Assembly (NCBI GenBank): GCA_027923505.1
Contig: BROI01000009.1
Span: 1,054,001-1,088,187 of the forward strand
Source of the DNA: Mayamaea pseudoterrestris
Lineage: Eukaryota
Direction: 5' to 3'
DNA: 34,187 nt
Each line of letters starts with the position of its first letter. Within the stretch, counting starts at the first letter, position 1. The notes beneath the pieces are model-generated. The model did not search any database and was not told where the DNA came from. It saw only the letters and a list, made by a program, of their open reading frames with translations. A program made the position numbers and the translations under genes. Of this stretch, positions 1 through 7,900 are shown one piece after another.

Positions 1-1337
1 GCGGCGCGAGTCGTTCCAGGAACAATGGCAATGGCAGACGAGACGCGGCAAGCAGTCGGTCGGCAGGAGACTCCTTTTGAAGAACTGTTTATAACTTGAC
101 ACCGAGTATTCGAACGGCGGCAGGCGACAGCAGGATGGTCTCTCGAGTGCTAAAGGCCAGTAAATCGAATGAGATAGACTGGTTGAGTAGCACCGTTCAA
201 TTAATCAAACAAAGATTCAATTGAACAAAGGCAAAGGCAATGGCAAAGGCACAAACGAGGAGGATTCGTCAATCCGTTTCGTCGTCCAAAAAAGCAATCA
301 AAACAAGCCAAACAAACCACCACGCTCGAGGTTTAAGGCAAGATCACAAGACTGTTAATCTGATAAGATGTAATTCAATAGCACCAGTCCAATAGAAGGC
401 GAGCAGCTAGTATAAAGGCGATCAACCCTCTACAACAAGCAACAAGCAAACAACAAACCAATTTCTAGTAGACTGACTTAAAAAGCAAACCACTCGAGGC
501 AAATCCTTGATCGTGGACTGTCTTGTTTGCCCGTTGACACCGTAGTCATTTAGTCATAGGCTTAAATAATCATGTACACTGGTCACACACTTCAACTTCA
601 ATCATTCCCGTTTCGAACATGGTATTCAATAACGATCCATGTCGCATAAGACGCAGGCTCTCCATTCGCCTACATCGCGTCACGGTTGAAGGTGCCGGTT
701 AGCTGCTACTTTCCCGTAGCTTTTTCATTGAGTGGCTCTACTTGTCACGATAGCTTACTTAATGGAAAGTTTTGCTATTTTTAGTGTTAGCACTGATTAA
801 CTCGGCTGGCAATGCTTGCATAAGTCTGGGCCATTCTTTATTTTTCATACATCTACAGGTAGTAATCTATTAGCCAACGAGACTGATTCCTTCCGCATAT
901 GATCGACAGATGCTGCATTTTTAACAAGTACGGGTACGAGTATAAACGAGTGGCAAGCATTGATTCCTCTATGAAGTCTTGCTAGCAAGCTCAAGCTAGC
1001 GCCAATTGGTTGCGATGCGCTTCAAATATCGCGTCGATCCAATGCAACGAAGACTTTAGCTGGCGGTTCCTCCGCCGCGCAGCGAGCCAGCGAGGTCCCG
1101 GTCTTGCGAGTAGCTGTTTCGAGAGCAGCTGGGCGGTTCCATTGGAGGAGCGTCGGAGGGAGCTAAGAAACCCGGATGAAATCGGAACGTACACGCCCAG
1201 ATGCGCATCATTTCTTTCGTGTACAACACACACAAATTGACAAGGTCGGCAGCTGCAAAAAGGACCTGCATAACATACATAGACTTGATCACACAATAAC
1301 ATAGCGTCACGCTCGACAAAGGAACTGAGAAAGGATC

Positions 1338-2674
1338 ATGGCTTCGACTGGATACGTTTCGAATGATGGAGAGGACTTCTTCAAGCCCATCCAGGTATGT
1401 CGAATGCATGTGCAATTTGATTCCAGCTTTGGAGGAAAATTGCGTTCGTCTCCTCAAAGCTGATGGTTTTGTGAACCACTAGTTTCTTCCTTTCGATCTT
1501 GTTTGCTGGCCATGCGCGGAAGAGGCTTTTAGAAGATCTATTCTTGTCTCGTGGAGGTCCCTCATTCATTGTCGTCGGATATCAACGGAGGTCCAAATTT
1601 TTGGCTAACCTCGCCGCTTTGTCTTGACCCATTGCAGCAATTTCCACAGCGCATGACGACTTTTAACCAAGTATCGATTGAAGGAATGGAAGAGGAGGTG
1701 ATGAAGGCGCAGCCATATGGATTGGAGGTCAGTGCGCGCTGTCCACGGTGGCTGCAAAATTTTGTTGCTACCTGTCGCAAGCATTGTCTCACCGTTTCCC
1801 TTTTAATTCTCTTGACTTGCTCGCCGTATTAATCGTATATTCTTTGCTTATCGTTGCGCAGGAGGAGATTGACTACGTTCTGAATGTTTGCACTTCTGAT
1901 CTCTATCGCGACATGAAGGAAAGACAGGTTGACTTTGTTTCGCCACAAACCTACAATCCCTATTCTTCCTACATGCCCTACCGACGCTACTTGGTCGACT
2001 GGATGAGCGACGTTGGCGAGCAATGTCGCTTACACAGCACGACGATTCATGTCAGTATTCTGCTGCTGGACAAGATTTTTCGATCAGCCGAAATTCCGAG
2101 GAGTCAGTGGCAACTGCTGGCGACTGCTTGCATTTCGATTGCCGCCAAGTACGAGGAAGCGGAGGAACAAACTCCGCATATTCCAGAGCTTTTGCAGCTG
2201 ACGAGATTAAGCGCTGCGGGGCATACGTCGCTCTCGTTTCGGGAAGGCGAACTTGACGTTTTGCGCCGCTTGTCGTGGAAACTTCGCGCCTTTCCGCCAT
2301 TGCATGTCGGCAATTACTTTCTTTCCAAAGGAGTCGTCTTTGAAGATGACTTGTGGCAAGGAAGAGAGCTCATTGAGAAAATTCCAAAGTACATGAAGAA
2401 GTACATTGAGTTCTTTTGCAACCTTTGTCTGCAGGACTACCAATTCCAGCAGTACTTGCCGACGCAACTTGCTGCCGCAGTCGTGCTGTCGAGTCGGGTC
2501 GCTCTGAACATTGAACCACGGTGGAGGTTTGAGTTGGTCGACCTGACTGGATATGAGGAAGCCGAAATATTCCACATATTCCAGCACGTTTTCCAGTATT
2601 ATGAGGAACAGTTTCCTGGTCATGGAACCCGATCCATTTCGCCGAGATCCGTCACTGACGCGAACGGTTTCTAA
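1338..2674 (+). CDS. Cyclin, cyclin-J-like; 3 exons 1338-1394, 1638-1727, 1862-2674 (~319 aa)
   Basis: Cyclin box RRYLVDWMSDVGEQCRL...LLLDKIF...QLLATACISIAAKYEE and C-terminal fold LQDYQFQQYLPTQLAAAVVLSSR. Donors CAG|GTATGT (1395) and GAG|GTCAGT (1728) and acceptors TTGCAG (1637) and CGCAG (1861) all keep the frame. Branch-like GGCTAAC lies near 1603. Confidence 0.9.
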
Positions 2675-3125
2675 TGAGACATTTCGCGTGTTGCTCCAGT
2701 ATACACCGCGTATACTTGTTGGGTCTCGCCTTGTCAAGGCATGCGTCATGTTTTGCTTGTCGAGTGACTCATATACCGCTCTTTCTATTCATCTAAAATA
2801 ATATACTCCGCGCTACTCAAAACAGTAATAAATCACTGCATTACTTGAACCTTTACGTACTTTACGTAGTATTAGTTATGGACAATATAATTGGCTCTGT
2901 GAACTGACACTTTTTGTTTGATTTAATCTTTCGCCAGCCCACTGGAAACATTAAGATAGCTAAACTGCTGGGCGCGTCAAGTGTGACTCGCGATCAAGCA
3001 AGACTCGACAAATAATGATGCGATGATGCGCGCGACGATCGACCGACGCCATGGAATATTTCCAGGCCGCGCCTTGCATAAGAACTGTCAAATAGAAGCA
3101 ATAGCTTCTGGCTGCGTCTAGTAGA

Positions 3126-4206
3126 ATGAGATGCTTCTTGCTGGTAGTCGCGAGCGCGATTCACTTGCTTTGCTCCGGCGTCTCGGCCACAGACATTAAT
3201 TCTCCTTCCTCGTTGTCACACTGGAAACTACCATCAGACACCCATGCCGTCGTGACAGGAGGAACCAAGGGGATTGGAAAGGCAATTGTGGAAGAGCTTG
3301 CCAGTTCATTGGGCTTGGGTATCAAGGTACTCACTTGCGCCCGCCATCAGCAAGATTTGAATGCGCGCCTTGACGAGTGGAAGGCAAAGGGCATGGATTG
3401 CACGGGCGTCGTTGCCGACTTGTCGAGCAAGGCAGGACGAGACGATTTTGTAATGGCAATAAGAGACTGGCTTGGAGAAAAGCCTCTTGATATTCTCGGT
3501 AGGTCAATATTGAATGAGTGTTTGCTAACGATGGCCTAGCCAAGTTCGTGCCATATTCAACGAATTATGCATCGTTTCTTTACACAGTGAACAACGTCGG
3601 AACCAATGTCCGAAAGCCTTCAGTTGATTATACGGATGAGGATGTCGAGTTTGTATGGCGAACCAACTTTTACAGCATGTTTGCCTTGACATGCGCCTGT
3701 CACGGCCTTCTGGTTCGCACGAAGGACGACGGTCGAACGAGCAGCGTAGTGAACATTGGCAGCGTCGCCGGTGTCACTTGCATCAAGACTGGCACACCGT
3801 ATGCTAGTACAAAGGCAGCCATGAATCAGGTATGAGGATGAAGATGAAGATGAATGACTGATTCTACTATCGTGTCCAGCAGATGGAGTTGTTCACTCAC
3901 TAATACGTTGCTTCTTTGCAGGTGACGGGAAATTGGGCCTGCGAATGGGGGCCAAAAGGCATACGAGTCAACTGCGTTGCACCCTGGTACATTAACACGG
4001 AACTGGCCCAGCAAGTGCTCAAGAATACGCAATACAAAACATCTGTTCTTGAGCGAACGCCACTTGGGCGGGTCGGAGAGCCAGCAGAAGTGGCCTCACT
4101 CGTTGCCTTTCTTTGCTTGCCAGCGTCAGGCTACATTACAGGCCAGGTTATTGCTGTCGATGGAGGGTTTAGCCGGAACGGCTACTACGACAGCTTTTAC
4201 CCATAG
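3126..4206 (+). CDS. Tropinone reductase-like short-chain dehydrogenase/reductase with N-terminal signal peptide; exons 3126-3498, 3588-3829, 3922-4206
   Basis: TGGTKGIG Rossmann motif, DILVNNVG (reconstituted across intron 1), catalytic YASTK, NCVAPW, and [30 protein letters not shown] typical of TR-like SDRs. GT-AG introns restore the frame. Confidence 0.92.
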
Positions 4207-4614
4207 TTGCAGACGCTACAGAAGCCGTCGAATGTGGACAACCACCGCCGACAACCGGTACGGCGGCCCATATTCCCCAATGCTAGAACATAGTTTGAAA
4301 ATAAACGAACTTGATTTTGAAATATAATTGAAGTTTAACTTTCGACGAATGTGGCCGATTTCATGTTTGCGCAGAAGTCGGCGAGCGGGGTGGTGGAGCG
4401 ACTTGACACGAAATCGTGTTCAACTTCAAAATGGTGTAGTAACTTGGGTAAACCATAACTGAAGCACATTGTTTGCAGCTTGCTCTCTCCGTTTGTTGCT
4501 GCACATCACAAACGTCGCAAAGTAGTTGCAAGTCTATTGTGTGTTCAAGTAGATATGCCATCAGTCCGCGCTGTGATCGCTCGCAAGAGTTCTGCCGTGG
4601 GCGCTACGTTGCCC

Positions 4615-4855
4615 TGATAGAAACTAGGTTTCCGGAGAGTGTGACACGCTGCAACTGACGCAACGGTACTGGCCGAGTACACTGAAGGCGATACTAACTA
4701 GTCGACGGAGACGAGTTTAGTATAGCGGTAACTCAACTAGAAATACGGGACGGAGGACCACTTGTTGTTCGAAAGGACTCGGGTTGTTGCTATCTTCTGT
4801 CCTGGGCGCTAACGGGCCATTACAGTCTATAGGATAGAGTAGCAGCTATTTATCA
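4615..4855 (+). repeat. LTR 1 (5' LTR of copy 1), 241 bp
   Basis: Starts TGATAGAAACTAGG, ends GCTATTTATCA, with 5-bp terminal inverted repeat TGATA/TATCA. Repeated at 10446, 10687 and 16518. Confidence 0.97.
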
Positions 4856-4867
4856 GCTTATGAGACG
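4856..4867 (+). other. Putative primer binding site (half-tRNA-Met type), copy 1
   Basis: GCTTATGAGACG directly follows the LTR. Its reverse complement contains CTCATAA, a Met(CAU) anticodon loop. There is no TGG. Confidence 0.65.
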
Positions 4868-4908
4868 TAGTCTGTATCACTGTCACAAACGAAACCAGAA
4901 AGATAAAC

Positions 4909-7900
4909 ATGGAGGCAATCGTCATCGCTTTGGCTGGTCTGACGGACGAGTACGTTGCTGCTTTGGCAGCAGGTGGAATCATCTCTAAAGACGATCTTGG
5001 CATCGTATCTCGCCTCGACATTACGGAGGCTTTACCCCAAGCTCCTGTGATGGTTCGGCGCAAGCTTGAGCTCATTGGCGATTACGTTTTCAGGGGACAA
5101 GAGCTAACGGTGGAGACGACGATTCCTTCCATTCGCGAATACCTGTCGAATCAAGGCAATCCTCAGCAACCAGCTGGAGCGCCTGCGGCTGCTGCAGTTG
5201 CTGCTGCACCGAAGAACAATCTTAGGATTACGGTGAATCCTTTGGATCCGTTTTCGGGAGCCATTATGGATTGGGAGCGCTGGGAGATCAAAGCGAGGGA
5301 CACGATCAATCAATCGCTGTACTCGACGCTGTTGACGACAGAGCCGGCCGCGGACAATGCGAACGCGCAGACGGCAAGCAGAGAGTTTTACTCAATGTTA
5401 TCGCGAGCCGTCGCCGATGGTGATGCGTATCACATTGTCGAGGGTGTTGAAAATCAAGACGGTTTCATCGCTTGGAAAAAGTTAGTCGACTGGTACACGT
5501 CGCCAGTAACGGGGCGTTCACTCGTTCAGTTTCATCGCAAGAAATTGCAGGATGCTAGATTGGACGAGGACTGTACGGCTAGCAGCTACATTAATACCTT
5601 CATGACAAGTTCTCGCAAGCTCGACTCGCTCAACGCTGGTTTGACGGACTCGATCAAGTTGCAAGATTTTTTAGAAGGCATTGTGGATGAAGACTACGAC
5701 GTCGTCGTTCAAGGAATGAAGCGCCAAGTTGGTTTAACCTTTGATGATGCTGTTAAAGCTATCAGAGGGCGCGAGCAAGATCTTGTAGACAAGGCGAACG
5801 CTACAGGAACACACACTCCTTCGACCAAGGCTCGCCGCGCTCCTGGGGGCGCGAATAACAATGGATCGAGGAACGCTATTCCATTCATTCCGAATTTCCT
5901 ATTGAACACCATTAAACAAGATCATATTCGCAAGAATCTGTTGAAGTGGCGCGCTATTCGAAATGACGAAGGAAGAGAAATTCGTCCTGACGAGTTGATC
6001 CCTGATCCAGATGCCGGCGGCCATCAAGGCGGCGACAACAAAGATAGGGCTACTCAAGGATCCAACAAGAGCCACACCGCTACCCCGAAGAGTGCTCGCA
6101 AGAGCGGAAAGCGTGGTTTAAAGAGTCGTCGAGTGGCGACGGTCAGTGCGCCGTCCGTCAAGACGCGACAAACCAAAACGAAGCTTACCGGTCTTGGAGA
6201 CTCTGCTTTGAAGGTGTTCCTCAAGGATGAGGACGAACACGCCGAAGACTCGTGTAGCGATGATGAAGATGATGGTGTTAATGAACAGGCCGATCAGAAT
6301 GAGTCTTCCGTTAGCAAGTCCTCGCGCAGGAGGAAGAAGGCAACGAAGAAGCTTGCGGCGAAGACTCGCCGCAACCCAAGGAGTCGTCGAGGACGCTCGG
6401 CGGACAGACCCCGGGCAATCATCGATCCAGGGTCGGAAATTAACATCATTGGTGGCGTTGGATGGGAGGTTATTGCTGCGGTTAACATGTCTGCCAAGGT
6501 CGATGGCGCATTGACAGGAATGGAAGGCAAGCGGCTGCCAATCGTGTGTGCGGTGACCGTTTATGAGCACCCCAGCAAAGGACCTATTCTTCTTGGAGTT
6601 GGAAGCGCCGCGTGGGACGAGTCGCCTGCTCAAACTGAGTCTCTATTCAACTCACACATGCTACGCGAGGCAGGTGTTACGGTTGAAGACAAGGCTGAGC
6701 GCGACGGCGGAGCGTCACTCATTGAGGTAGAAGGAACGACTATTAAACTCGATTTCGTCGACGAAAAGACTCTTTCCTTCTACATACGCAGGCCAACACA
6801 GAAGGAGCTAACAGAGTTAAACGTACTGTGGCTCATACCGCGAAAGTTCGGGTTGGAATCCGGACACAAGTTTACACCATCGAGGCGAGCGCCTGCAGAA
6901 TCAATCCCAGAGAAGGCCGACTGGCGAATCAGATTAGGAAACTGTCCTGAGTTCGTTGCTGCCAAGACTTTGGAGGCGACTACGCAGTTGTGCGAAGCTC
7001 CCGTCGAGATGGAGAATAGAGAGAGTCCCCGACAGCATCGTAAACAACGCTTGCTTGCTTTGCATCCAAGGCGTGTTGAAGGACGCACGGATTCGGATAC
7101 TTTCTTCTCTACAGTAAAATCCATTCGAGGTTACATGTGTGTCCAAATCTTTGTCGCTGTGACAAGCAAGTTTCTGTTTGCGCGTTGCATGCGCAAGGAA
7201 TCTGAATCGCATGGCGCCTATCAGGATTTTATAAGGTACATTGGCGCTCCTAACGTTCTTATCACTGATAATGCTCAAACGCAGATTGGAAAGAAGTGGA
7301 CAGCGACCAGTCGCAACCTTGCGGTTCGACAAAAGAATACGGTACCTCACAACCAGCAGCAGAATCAAGCTGAAGGAGCAGTCCATCTTGTCAAGAAGCG
7401 AGTCATACTTGTACTGCGCGCGGCACAAGCTCCTCTTGTATTCTGGTGCTACTGTTTGCTCTTTGTTATCGACTGCCTCAATTTCACGGCGCGCAAGGAA
7501 CTCGAATGGCGCACGCCACACGAAAGGATGTATGGGATGACTCCCGATATATCAGTCTTTCGCTTCAGTTTCTGGCAACCAGTCTGGTACTATGAACCGA
7601 CTGCAAGCTTTCCTCACAAGAACTTTCTTCCAGGACGTTTTGTAGGGATTGCTTGGGATCACGGCGACGCGTTTACGTATCGCATCTGGACGACCCCGGA
7701 AGGCGTCTGGGAGAAGGGGCGCGAGCTCATTCGAAACGTGGTCCAACCACGCCGCGACGATGAGGAAGTTTGTAGTTTAATTGCTATAAAAGAAACTGAT
7801 CTTTTACTCGAACGACAGCTTGATGGAGGAGGGTCTGCTAGGAGCAGAAAACGTCGACGCCAAAACCGTCGCAAACGGTCGCGGAACGACACCAACGCTC

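Noticed and set aside
1..700. Telomerase RNA, tRNA or rRNA in the non-coding start of the window
   Set aside because: No telomere-template-like CTAACCCT tract, cloverleaf or rRNA signature was recognised.
991..1457. Short ORFs upstream of the cyclin (991-1302, 1010-1240, 1056-1457)
   Set aside because: No protein motifs; the region is better explained as promoter/UTR plus cyclin exon 1 and intron 1.
1748..1861. N-terminal hydrophobic extension of the cyclin ORF in the track
   Set aside because: It is translated intron 2 (pyrimidine-rich, ending in CAG at 1861) with a GTG start.
4608..4614. GTTGC on the left versus ATTGC on the right as a possible TSD
   Set aside because: Only 4 of 5 bases match and the left copy is offset 2 bp from the LTR edge, so it is not a valid TSD.
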